A stretch of 64,000 bases of DNA, from assembly GCF_037042905.1 (NCBI RefSeq), contig NC_087250.1, forward strand, positions 15,812,001 through 15,876,000, given 5' to 3'. The first letter of the stretch is position 1; each line of letters starts with the position of its first letter. The position numbers and the translations under genes were made by a program. The notes beneath the pieces are model-generated. The model had not been told where the DNA came from and searched no databases. It was given only the letters and a program-made list of their open reading frames with translations. Source of the stretch: Lytechinus pictus (lineage: Eukaryota). Shown here one piece after another: positions 29,301 through 42,500 of this stretch.

Positions 29301-32300
29301 ATGCCTTTCTTCCAGGAACAAAAATCGAGAAATCAGAAATCGGTCAATGTGCGTAGGCACTTTAGAATCCAGGTGCTCACATCATTTTTTTGTTCTTTGG
29401 CTCATAACCTCATAATGGTCTTTTTTTCCCACTTACTGCTATTTAAAAAAATGGTGAGAAAATTTAAAGAAGCTTGATAAAGTCCTATCTACTGGAAGGC
29501 AAATATATACAAGTTACTTACAAGGTTCTTATCTTCTGTCCAGCATTATAGAAAGCAGAATATGAAATTGACGTCAGATCGAATCCAACCTTTTGTGAAT
29601 GAAGACGTCTAAGATTTAATAATGAACAAAAAATATACATAATTAAAGTTTTCCCCTGAATAAAAAAAATACTAGCTGGATCTACATGTATAGATTGCTT
29701 TTGCCTGTATTAAATTTATTGCCTGTATGGATGTCATCCAACAATTCAGCTACTGTTAATGGTTTTCAAGTCCTGGGTGATTCCTGCTTTTCTGTCCTAC
29801 ATATTTGCAATTTTGATTACAGCATTGGCTGCATCGGAAAAAACACCAACCAAGTTGTAAATTCCAAGACTGACAACTACAGTGGGATCTCTAAGAGCTC
29901 AGTCGTAGACTGACAACTACCGAGGGATCTCTCTGAGCTCAGTCGTAGACTGAAAACTACAGAGGGATCTCTCTGAGCTCAGTCGTAGACTGAAAACTAC
30001 CGAGGGATCTCTCAGAGCTCAGTCGTAGACTGAAAACTACCGAGGGATCTCTCTGAGCTCAGTCGTAGACTGAAAACTACCGAGGGATCTCTCAGAGCTC
30101 AGTCGTTGACTGACAACTACAGAGGGATCTCTCTGAGCTCAGTCGTAGACTGAAAACTACCGAGGGATCTCTCAGAGCTCAGTCGTAGACTGACATCTAC
30201 CGAGGGATATCTCAGAGCTCAGTCGTAGACTGAAAACTACCGAGGGACCTCTCAGAGATCAGTCGTAGACTGACAACTACCGAGGGATCTCTCAGAGCTC
30301 AGTCATAGACTGACAACAACTGAGGGATCTCTCAGAGCTCAGTCGTAGACTGAAAACTACTGAGGGATCTCTCAGAGCTCAGTCGTAGACTGAAAACTAC
30401 TGAGGGATCTCTCTGAGCTCAGTTGTAGACTGAAAACTACAGAGGGATCTCTCTGAGCTCAGTCGTAGACTGAAAACTACCGAGGGATCTCTCAGAGCTC
30501 AGTCGTAGACTGAAAACTACCGAGGGATCTCTCTGAGCTCAGTCGTAAACTGAAAACTACAGAGGGATCTCTCAGAGATCAGTCGTAGACTGACAACTAC
30601 AGAGGGATCTCTCAGAGCTCAGTCGTAGACTGACAACTACAGAGGGATCTCTCAGAGATCAGTCGTAGACTGAAAACTACTGAGGGATCTCTCTGAGCTC
30701 AGTCGTAGACTGACAACTACTGAGGGATCTCTCAGAGCTCAGTCGTAGACTGAAAACTACTGAGGGATCTCTCAGAGCTCAGTCGTAGACTGAAAACTAC
30801 TGAGGGATCTCTCTGAGCTCAGTCGTAGACTGACAACTACAGAGGGATCTCTCTGAGATCAGTCGTAGACTGACAACTACAGAGGGATCTCTCAGAGCTC
30901 AGTCGTAGACTGACAACTACAGAGGGATCTCTCAGAGATCAGTCGTAGACTGAAAACTACTGAGGGATCTCTCTGAGCTCAGTTGTAGACTGACAACTAC
31001 TGAGGGATCTCTCAGAGCTCAGTCGTAGACTGAAAACTACTGAGGGATCTCTCAGAGCTCAGTCGTAGACTGAAAACTACTGAGGGATCTCTCAGAGCTC
31101 AGTCGTAGACTGAAAACTACTGAGGGATCTCTCTGAGCTCAGTAGTAGACTGACAACTACAGAGGGATCTCTCAGAGATCAGTCGTAGACTGAAAACTAC
31201 TGAGGGATCTCTCTGAGCTCAGTCGTAGACTGACAACTACTGAGGGATCTCTCAGAGCTCAGTCGTAGACTGACAACTACTGAGGGATCTCTCAGAGCTC
31301 AGTCGTAGACTGAAAACTACTGAGGGATCTCTCAGAGCTCAGTCGTAGACTGAAAACTACTGAGGGATCTCTCAGAGCTCGGTCGTAGACTGACAACAAC
31401 TGAGGGATCTCTCAGAGCTCAGTCGTAGACTGAAAACTACTGAGGGATCTCTCAGAGCTCAGTCGTAGACTGAAAACTACTGAGGGATCTCTCTGAGCTC
31501 AGTTGTAGACTGAAAACTACAGAGGGATCTCTCTGAGCTCAGTCGTAGACTGAAAACTACCGAGGGATCTCTCAGAGCTCAGTCGTAGACTGAAAACTAC
31601 CGAGGGATCTCTCTGAGCTAAGTCGTAAACTGAAAACTACAGAGGGATCTCTCAGAGATCAGTCGTAGACTGACAACTACAGAGGGATCTCTCAGAGCTC
31701 AGTCGTAGACTGACAACTACAGAGGGATCTCTCAGAGCTCAGTCGTAGACTGAAAACTACTGAGGGATCTCTCTGAGCTCAGTAGTAGACTGACAACTAC
31801 AGAGGGATCTCTCTGAGATCAGTCGTAGACTGACAACTACAGAGGGATCTCTCAGAGCTCAGTCGTAGACTGACAACTACAGAGGGATCTCTCAGAGATC
31901 AGTCGTAGACTGAAAACTACTGAGGGATCTCTCTGAGCTCAGTTGTAGACTGACAACTACTGAGGGATCTCTCAGAGCTCAGTCGTAGACTGAAAACTAC
32001 TGAGGGATCTCTCAGAGCTCAGTCGTAGACTGAAAACTACTGAGGGATCTCTCAGAGCTCAGTCGTAGACTGAAAACTACTGAGGGATCTCTCTGAGCTC
32101 AGTAGTAGACTGACAACTACAGAGGGATCTCTCAGAGATCAGTCGTAGACTGAAAACTACTGAGGGATCTCTCTGAGCTCAGTCGTAGACTGACAACTAC
32201 TGAGGGATCTCTCAGAGCTCAGTCGTAGACTGACAACTACTGAGGGATCTCTCAGAGCTCAGTCGTAGACTGAAAACTACTGAGGGATCTCTCAGAGCTC

Positions 32301-35300
32301 AGTCGTAGACTGAAAACTACTGAGGGATCTCTCAGAGCTCAGTCGTAGACTGAAAACTACTGAGGGATCTCTCAGAGCTCAGTCGTAGACTGAAAGCTAC
32401 TGAGGGATCTCTCTGAGCTCAGTCGTAGACTGAAAGCTACTGAGGGATCTCTCAGAGCTCAGTCGTGGACTGAAAACTACTGAGGGATCTCTCTGAGCTC
32501 AGTCGTAGACTGAAAACTACTGAGGGATCTCTCAGAGCTCAGTCGTAGACTGAAAACTACTGAGGGATCTCTCTGAGCTCAGTCATAGACTGAAAACTAC
32601 TGAGGGATCTCTCTGAGCTCAGTCGTAGACTGAAAACTACTGAGGGATCTCTCTGAGCTCAGTCGTAGACTGACAACTACCGAGGGATCTCACAGAGCTC
32701 AGTCGTAGACTGACAACTACCGAGGGATCTCACAGAGCTCAGTCGTAGACTGACAACTACCGAGGGATCTCACAGAGCTCAGTCGTAGACTGACAACTAC
32801 CGAGGGATCTCTCAGAGCTCAGTCATAGACTGACAACTACTGAGGGATCTCAGAGAGCTCAGTCGTAGACTGACAACTACCGAGGGATCTCACAGAGCTC
32901 AGTCGTAGACTGACAACTACCGAGGGATCTCTCACAGCTCAGTCGTAGACTGACAACTACCGAGGGATCTCTCACAGCTCAGTCGTAGACTGACAACTAC
33001 CGAGGGATCTCTCAGAGCTCAGTTGTAGCTAAGACTTATAAAAGAATGATCGTAAACCATATCAGACCCTTCATAGATCCACTACTAAGAGACTCTCAGA
33101 ATTGCTTCCGACGGGAACGATCAACTATACTGTAGGTCAAATCCTTGCAATTAGGAGGATACTTGAAGGACTGAGGGATTAGAGCCTTTCTATAATTATC
33201 ACTTTCATTGATTTCAAGATTTCATTGATTTTACATGAAATCATGATTACATGTATTTCATATGTAAATACATGTACGTATATGACTCCCTTTTAATTAA
33301 ATAAGTTGCAGCAATGAATATCTAATGCATTAAATCAGTTGTATCAAATCTTTTTAATTCTTGGAGGACAAAATTTGAATAAACCTAATTTCACATAATA
33401 AAATACAAAAATAAACAAGTGAGAATACGACATCGTCAATTTACTCATGGAATGAAGACAAGCACAGAACTGTTTCACCAAAATCATGCAAATCTTTAAA
33501 ATGTCATAAATTTTTTTATCCATGTCCAATTTTGATCAAATTTTTCAGTGTCTTGTTTGTGTAATTTTTCTCTATCAATTCAAATCATATTATTTTCAGC
33601 CTGGAGTACCCCTTTAACAGGTTGTTATACTTACAGTGTGAGAAGATTTGGTAGATCAGTAAATGTCCTTGGTAGGAGAACACTCAGTTTATTGGTGTTC
33701 AAATCCCTGCATGCAAACATAGAAGACATAAGTTGGATAAAATGCCCTTTCCAAGCTTATGGATGCTAGAAAATTATTTAACCGTGACATTAAGAATAAT
33801 AACTACATTTATTATCATTATTATTAGTTTTATTGTAAGATTTTACCCATTGTATTTTTGTTGTCCTTTTATCGACCTAGCGCTTTGTAACTTTTGAAAA
33901 GCACTTTATAAGCAGCAAATACTGATTATTATCATCTATATAGAGCATTTTAACAAAGCATTAAAAATGCATATTTCGGTCTGTATTAATTGCCTGTGCA
34001 GTATTAGAGCGTATCCCTAAAAAGGACCAAAATCCGAGAAATTACAACGCCTACTTAGCTTGTTGCACGCGAGCAAACAGGAGGCTGAATGCCAAACATT
34101 TGTACCATTGCACAAAATACGTACCATCCAAAATGTACCGTTGCACGGCTTTAGGTGACGTCACAATATCCAAATAATGCACATAAGCGCGTGCATGCAG
34201 GGCCAAATAATGAACGATGTGCGAGAAGAGCCAATGGCTATAATACCGCACCGAGGTCCGCAGGACCGAGTGCGGTATATCCATTTGGCGTGTCGAGCAC
34301 AAGTTCATTTTTTCGGTCCTCTATGCACAAGAATGCGTGTATTGTTTGTTTTATATAACCCCTCCCCCTCACCCATGTTACTGAGTTGCCCTAAATGATA
34401 TATTTGATCTAAATTCTAGTTAATTCTAGATAATTCCAGAACTCGTACTACCCTGCACTCTGACGTCAGAGTGCAGGATAGTACTTTTGGTATGACGTCA
34501 GAGTGCAGGATAGTGCATTTTGGATGCAATAGTGCAATTCGCTGAATATCATGTGATCCGATTTGGACCAATCTGATTACAAAACATTCTTGGGAGTTGT
34601 ATAATACGATTTAATTTATTGCGCTCAGTAAAAATGAAGGTGCAATGCGCGTATAAGCCTGCTGGCTAAATGCGCAATGCTGCCCCAAGGTCATGTGCGC
34701 TTGTGGTATTTTGCTTTTCGCTTTCAATTTTTGTGCTCCCTTGTCATAGATTACTACAGGGATAAACTCTTGTTTTTTCATATTTTCGCTAAATTCCGAG
34801 GCGTTGTACAACATAAATAGCAAATATTCTTATTTGTGCGATGGTGCGAGATTTTGCATTCGGTGAAAGAAAGAAACGCTCTATTCAACTCGGCTAACGC
34901 CTCGTTGAATAGAGTATCTTTCTTTCGCCTCGTGCAAAATCTCGCACCATCGCACTCATGCCTATTTGTATACTATTGACTATGAAACCATATTCAACAG
35001 TCTAGTGCGCATGCGTGAATACGTGAAATATACAACGCATACAACAATGAAAATAATGCAATGCGCAGCATAGAGCACAATGACACTCAATGACGTCATA
35101 ATTAATTACACATATTAAAGTCGCATGTTAACAACAAAATTGATCCTAATAAAGTGATGACGCCATAAGTGATATGACTTTATCGTTCAAATTTCTCCCT
35201 CTTCGAGGGGGGGTGGGATAGATAATAATTATTATATTGGATGGCTTTATTTCATGGAATAACAGAAATATTCCAATCGTCGGGGCCAATATTCCACTCA

Positions 35301-38300
35301 TCTGCGATTCAGGAATATTTGCCCAAACTCTTGGAATATTTCTGGTATTCAATTCTGAGCCATCCAATATAATTTATAATTATTATCATTATCATAAAAT
35401 GGTTACATTTCATAAAGACTTGTTAAAATAACCATGCAACTGCACAATATCTGTAACAAATTTACTATCAACTGATCAAATTGAAGGAATTCATCAGCTT
35501 TTAACGTTTATTGCAAACTTGTTATTGTTATTATAACAAGTTTATGAGGTTGGATCCTGGTCTATGGCACAAGACTGGAATTTTGCAACATATAGGTCTC
35601 TCCATTCGAACCCCCTCCCCCCCCCCCCCCCCCCCCCCCCGCCTTCTATCTTAGAGCAAAAAGCCAGTTCGGAGTTCCATTCTGCACATGATCAGAAGAA
35701 GGTCATTTGTACTAAAGTGACATGGTGGTTTAATATTTAATGAGATAAACACCAACTTTGATGTCTTGATTATTCATGTATTCTTTTGAATTTGGTTTTT
35801 CATTAGATCCACAAAAAACAATGCGCCATTAGCGATTGGTATTTCACAGTTTGCCAAGTGTTACATTATGAATCTTATGCTATAGAGTTGTAGCAATTGC
35901 GCCCTCTTGAGTTGGAATTGACACGCCTGGAAACATGGGCTAGTTGGATTAAATGGTTGACTAAACTTTACATCCTAGACTTAGACTGTTTCTGTAGTCG
36001 TCGAGTTGGGTAACTCTACAGACAGAGGCAAACATAACACCAAGTACATTGATATAACAACATGTTAATGCATTCATAGCAGAAACGCAACAAATACCTT
36101 CATAGTGTTCAATATGTGCTATTTTAGTCACCTGGTCTACATGTATGCAATTTCTGCATCCTGCTATGTCAGGCATGATTACATACCTAATATCTCGCTT
36201 TGATATCTGCCTATCATAATGAAAGAAATGAAAGGACTCAATGGGCACTCAAATTATTTTTTGATAGGGGTGTGCCTCACAAAACCCTGAAATGGGGGTC
36301 TAAGGAACTGACCACAAGGGTAGAATACAGGGTCTTGGGAACTAAATACACACTTGGCGGTTAAAAAAACAGGGTCTACGGAACGGGATCTCAGTATCGT
36401 AAGGTACGGTGCATGTAAGCGCTGTGCATGTATACGTACCCTACCGGGCGTGGAGCTTCTAGCGGAGGAAGTTGTGAAGCCGTGCGTGCAGCTCTGGCAT
36501 GCGGTGCTCGCGCTGGACAATTTTGGCAGGGCTAGGGAATTGAGATGTTTCGTAACAGGGGTCTTGCGAGCAGGGTGGGGCTGCTTCTGAATGGAACTTT
36601 TGTCATTCAGAGTATCTAGAGTACTGAAAATTAGGTCTGAAAAAGGGGGTCATCAAAGCGACATGTCCCTGTACCCCCAATACATGTGAGTGACAGCACC
36701 CCCCCCCCTGCGCATATCATCCGGGGCCTGTAACACAAAGCTTAGCAATCATCATAGAAACACTTCTCTATGATTGATTCCATTGACTACAATACACAAT
36801 CAATCGCGAAAATCAATCGTAAGATTAATCGCTAACCTTTGTGTCACTGGACCCTGGAGATATTTAAGAGTAAACACTATTAAGTTGCAGCAAACTATTA
36901 TTTCATGAGAAAGTCTTTTAAATCATTGTCACCATATTATCATCTATCTAGATCTGGTATATTAATGTAAGCTTTTTTTTGTGAAATCATTATCTTAGCT
37001 AAAAACCAATAATTCTGATCATCACTTACAAAGAATTCTATATGTGGAACAGTGTATTAACATTTAAAAAATACCCGACTTTGGATGTATTTCCGTGCTT
37101 ATATTGCTCATTTCTCAGCAATTACAAATTTTCTTCCAAAGCTATTGGGCACATATTTTTCTTATTTATACATAGGCCTACAAATAGTTTGGTGGTAATT
37201 TCATTGGATTCTGTTCAAACTCATTTTGAGGTCGTAACCATTACTGGTATCTTTAATTTTCCCTGAAAAAATACCTGACATTTGATCAAATTCTGTGGTT
37301 ATTTTGGCACATTTTTTGTATAATACACCTTTATACAAACACTTGGGTGGTAATTTTATTGGATTCTCTTCAAACTCATTGTGACATCATTACCCCCAAC
37401 CAGTGGGCGCTTCATAATGCTGTTCGTAAGGTAAGAACGGCTGATGATCCTTTCATACACACTACATAATCACCAATGAAGATTTAATGGTGAATATCAT
37501 TTACCACAAGAAAGGTTCACCGGTTGTTCTCAAAGTCGCCCACTGGTACTGTATTCATCTCCCGGGGGGTCCACTACCATTCACGAGTGGATACCATGCG
37601 CGACCATGGGGTCTCGAAAAGCACCCTAAACACGTAATTTCCATAATCTGAAAATGCACCCCTTAACAAGTATTGGCGTGTGAAACCCTACCCTTAACAA
37701 GTATTGGAAACAAAACGATACTCATGGCAAATATTCCCTGAAATGAACCCCTAAACAAGTACAGGAATGCTTTATTGTTACGGGTCCTTCGGTCGTCGGC
37801 TTTACCTTATTTGGTTTAGTACGACCCCACCTTCTACACCTTGGGGCAAAAAGGACATCCTTTATTAAATATTTTAATTTTGTTTTATCATCCCCGCAAA
37901 TTCGACCCTAAACACGTAATTGTCCTAGCGAAATAGATACCCTTTTTTCATTATTATTGCGTTTTGACACCCTTATCACGTTACGTACGTAACGTGCCCA
38001 ATCGTGAAAAAGACATCCTTTTTACGTGTTTTTTTGGTCGCGCATGGTATCCACTCGTCAATGTAAGTGGCCCCCCCGGGATTCATCTTTCATGATAGAA
38101 AGCAAGCTGACTTACAAGTGTATTAGATTGGATATGTGATGAAATATTTGTGGTCCAAGCTTGAAGAGGTCATTATGATGGATCTCCCTACAGGTATAAA
38201 CAAAACAAAAATAAAGATGAAAATAGGATAAACATTCCTATTATATCCTATTTCTTATTTCCTATTATATCAAGAAGTAAATAATTTCAATTCATTTATT

Positions 38301-39481
38301 AACCATATAAAAATATTCAAATACAATGTAAAATAACATAATATATAAATGCATAAATGTAACAAAACATAAAACAAATAAATATACAACAAATAAATAT
38401 AATTTATACATTCATGTAAAAGAAAAATCAACATATGGTAAGAGGCAACCAAAAAGATTAAAATCTTGTTAGGCAGTTGCCCCTTTACAGGTATTCAAAT
38501 AATCATTAATAATCATAACGTAATCATTATATATTCATACATCAAACACAGAATCACCCACACCCAACACACATCCATGACCCATTGCACTCAAACAAAG
38601 GAGAGAGAGAGAGAAAGAGAGAAGAGTATTCAAATTCTAAGAACATTTGTATTTTCCATGATGCAATCGACTCAAAGACTTGTCTTTGGATCTGGGGGAG
38701 GAGGGTTCAATTCCCAGTCATGACATATTTTCCTTCAGCAAGGAATAAGCCTGTTCATGGTTGTAAACTGCGCACGGGTAGAAAAAGGTCGAGACAACCA
38801 TGAAGGTGGCTTTCAAATCCACTGACATAGGCATTTGTGATTTGATGATTATTCATGTATTCCTTTCAAGATATTTATCACATCCAAGCTGAAGAGTAAT
38901 AAATAGAGCCTTCATTAATCACTGGTATTTGACAGTAGCCTAAACAATAGTCAAATGTGCCAAAGGCAGGCAATAAAACAGATTTCCAAAATTTATCCCT
39001 GATGTACTATTCTAGTCACCTGGTCTATACAATGCCTTTTGTTCTTAGAATTTGAATACTCTACTGGTAAAGCTTCAACATCTACATTTGAAAATGATAG
39101 TGCTTATCCTAATGAAAAATCACAAAGGTCATTTGAGAAAAGTTGATCATGAGCTAACCGTGAACTGGCTTATTTACCCGCATTGTGCTGAACTCGCCCA
39201 GGACCATGCAGGGGGGTGTTTCACAAAGATTTAAGTATGACTTAGAGTCGCACTTAAAAGCCTAACTGCGTGCATTATAAAAGGCATAACCGCATTGGTC
39301 AGATCATGCAAAGAGGATGCGCACTACTGCGTACTGATCAATTAGATGGCGCGTTGTATTTCAGATACGCGTCGGCATTTAAGTGTGATTTAAGTCACAC
39401 TTAAATCTTTGTGAAACACCCCCCTGGTGTGGTAAAAGGGCACCTGGTAGGAATCAATGCCTTCATTGAAATGCATGCGCT

Positions 39482-39523
<42 letters not shown>

Positions 39524-42500
39524 CATATCACAGCTGCCAAGTTGAAGCTGGGGGGTTATATCCAAGTCCGTTGGAAGCGCAGCGAGAAGTTGTAACCATG
39601 TGATGTGCGCTGTATTAGAACTCTTTATTGTTATTATTTTTGTTCATACATGTGGAAATTCAATTTGTTTGCACAAAACAATTTAGAATGTCTCATACAC
39701 AAAAAAAGAGTACATGGTTTCATAGAATTACATACAGGGGGTACCGGTATACTATTTTAGGTATTTCAGTACACTCTCTACCATTGCTTTATTTAAAAAA
39801 GTTGCAGTATCCTTTCCTTGACATGTGCAGACCTTAGCTTCCGTAGGACGAACATTCTGCTATAAGCTTTCGGAAGCATGACCTTATATTTATTAAGGAA
39901 GTGGGCCCTTCACAGAGTGTGATGTACAGAGCATTGTAAATTGCCAATCATCTACTGCAAATCGTCCACTCACCACATGGTCTACTTCATTCAGTCTAAT
40001 AATGACATTCCGTCCATCAACATTTAATGTAACAACCAATTCGTCCTATCATAACTTCGTATAATCACAATTTTTTCTATGACCATTTCGTCTAATAACT
40101 AGTTGGTCCAATATCCATTTTATTTTCATTCATTTTGCACGATTAACACTTAGTCCAATTAGAACAAATGGTATATATGGACTAAATGGCAATTGGACTA
40201 ACTGGTTATTAGACAAAAAGGTGAGTGGATTGGTAATAAGACCATGATAGAGGATGAATAAATGCAAACCAGATGATAGTAGATGAGTTGGCAATTGGAC
40301 AAAATGGCATTAATTAGACAAGTTGGAAATGAACCCAGAGCATCTTAATGTGTAGACATAAATGAGGAGATAATGGTGTAAGACATAACTTTCAGAGATT
40401 TTACTAAGCAAGCTTTCGACAATCTGGCCTGATGAAACTACTATCAAAATTGCATGATTACATGAATTCTATATGTTCCTCTTCTAAAATTGCAATGACA
40501 CCCCCAAAGAATGATACCAGGATGATTTTCTATTAGACTCTGAGAAGAACAATATCAACTTTGTTTATATGACACCTAGATAGATCCTTGTGATTTGATT
40601 GGTTGTTTGATATCGTTCATTCAGCCCATTTAGCGATGACGTCATCAACCGTGCAATTTTGGATCTATTCATCGTGCAATTTTGGATCCATACGATTTGT
40701 CCATTGCACTCGCGCACCAAGACTGCAGCCCATGCACCATCAGTGCGCGTGTTGTAATTACGTAACAATCAACAGACCGAACTCGCACTGCATGAGCATG
40801 TTTTGCATCATGTACATTTTTAGGTGTCATATAAACCAAATTTTTTTTTTTCATTCGTGCAATGGACAGAATACTTCATTCGGTGCAAGATGAAATAATG
40901 ATCCATTCAACTCGGCTACGCCTCGTTGAATGGATCATTTCATCTTTCACCTCATGAAGTATTCTGTCCATTGCACTCATAAACATTCATTATATGTATA
41001 CTATATTACTTACAATATCTGTAGATGTTTTAGTTGTGACAGCGAGTTTTGAGCAATGCTTCTGATTCTATTGTTACTCAGGTTCCTGTGTACATACAAA
41101 ACAATGAGAAAAACAAAAGACTAAACATCTGGGTGAAAAATAATTTATTATCACTCTAAAAATGTACATGTACTCTGAAATTAGAAATCATTTACTTTAT
41201 TATTGTTACACTCTTAGTAGTAGTGATATAATTACTATTATCATTATTATTACTTTTATCATATAAGATCTACTATTATTAATATTATTATCAGCCTTAT
41301 CCTGAAATAAGTCACCTCTCTTCTCGTGTGTGTGCGCTCGTTGTGTACAAAGTCAATGGGTGAGCAAAGAAGTCACCGCCGGTAACGAAATAAACGGCAG
41401 TTAATAGAACTTAGAAGGTGACTAAAACCAGGAAATGCCTTATTATCTTTATTACTATAATTATTATTAACAATATTATTACTATAATCATTATCATCAT
41501 TATTGTCATCATCACTGGCGTAAATCCTTGCGTTCAAGGGAGATGATCTATTGTTCCACCCCACTCACACGTATTGCAAGGTTAGTATTAGTATACTAAC
41601 CTCGCACCATGAACCGCGTTCGGCAGTGGATTTCTAACTAGTGGGTCGCGCGTGCTGGGATCCCACTTCTGGTGTCCACAACCCACGACTTCTATGGCTT
41701 GATTTTTCTGTGCGCAGCGGCATGTAATGAACCCTTGGGTGGTTCCATCCCCGCCCATCCACTTGAACAGCTTCACGTCACAGATTTACGCCCATGATTA
41801 CTAAAAATATTAACTGTAATTCAGTTGGATACCTACAAGAATCTCACATGACTCTGGGCAAGTATTTTACAACTTCGTTTAGAGACCGCCTCGATCTGAT
41901 TCATATCAAGTCCAATGTAAACCAGTTCAACCATGTTCTCCAGTGCATCGCCTGGTATAGACCTAAAGCTGTTGTTACTGAGACTCCTATGAAACAAACC
42001 AAAAATGAAAAAAATGCATAGCAACAATCAGCAGCTGATCAAAAAGAGGTCAGAAGGGGAAAGGGCCTAGCTTGCCTATTTGTGTTGAACACTCTATACT
42101 TTTACTTATAATTATGGAATGAAAAGCACATAAAAGTTGTCGTTACTGAGACTCCTATGAAACAAACAAAAAGAAACAAGAGTGTCGCTAAGGCGAGCAC
42201 ATAATACGCCCGTCTGTAACGTGGAAAATAAAGCTATTGGTCAAGCAAGAAAAGTGGAGGATGGCGACTTCACCTTTGACCTTCTGACCTCAAAATCAAT
42301 AGAATTACTAGGATCTACGCTAGTATCATACACACCAAACTATATGAGCCTAGGTTATGTTCAACTAAAGTTATCGCGTTAACAAGGACTTCAGAAGGGT
42401 AAGATGAAAACATGTCACTGTGATCTTGACCTTTTGACCTCAAAATCAATAGGCTTGCTGGGATCCATGCTAGTATCATACACACCAAATTATAAGAGCC

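Noticed and set aside
29867..33028. CRISPR-like array
   Set aside because: The 40-bp units are head-to-tail with no unique spacers, there are no cas genes, and the unit derives from LINE RT sequence.
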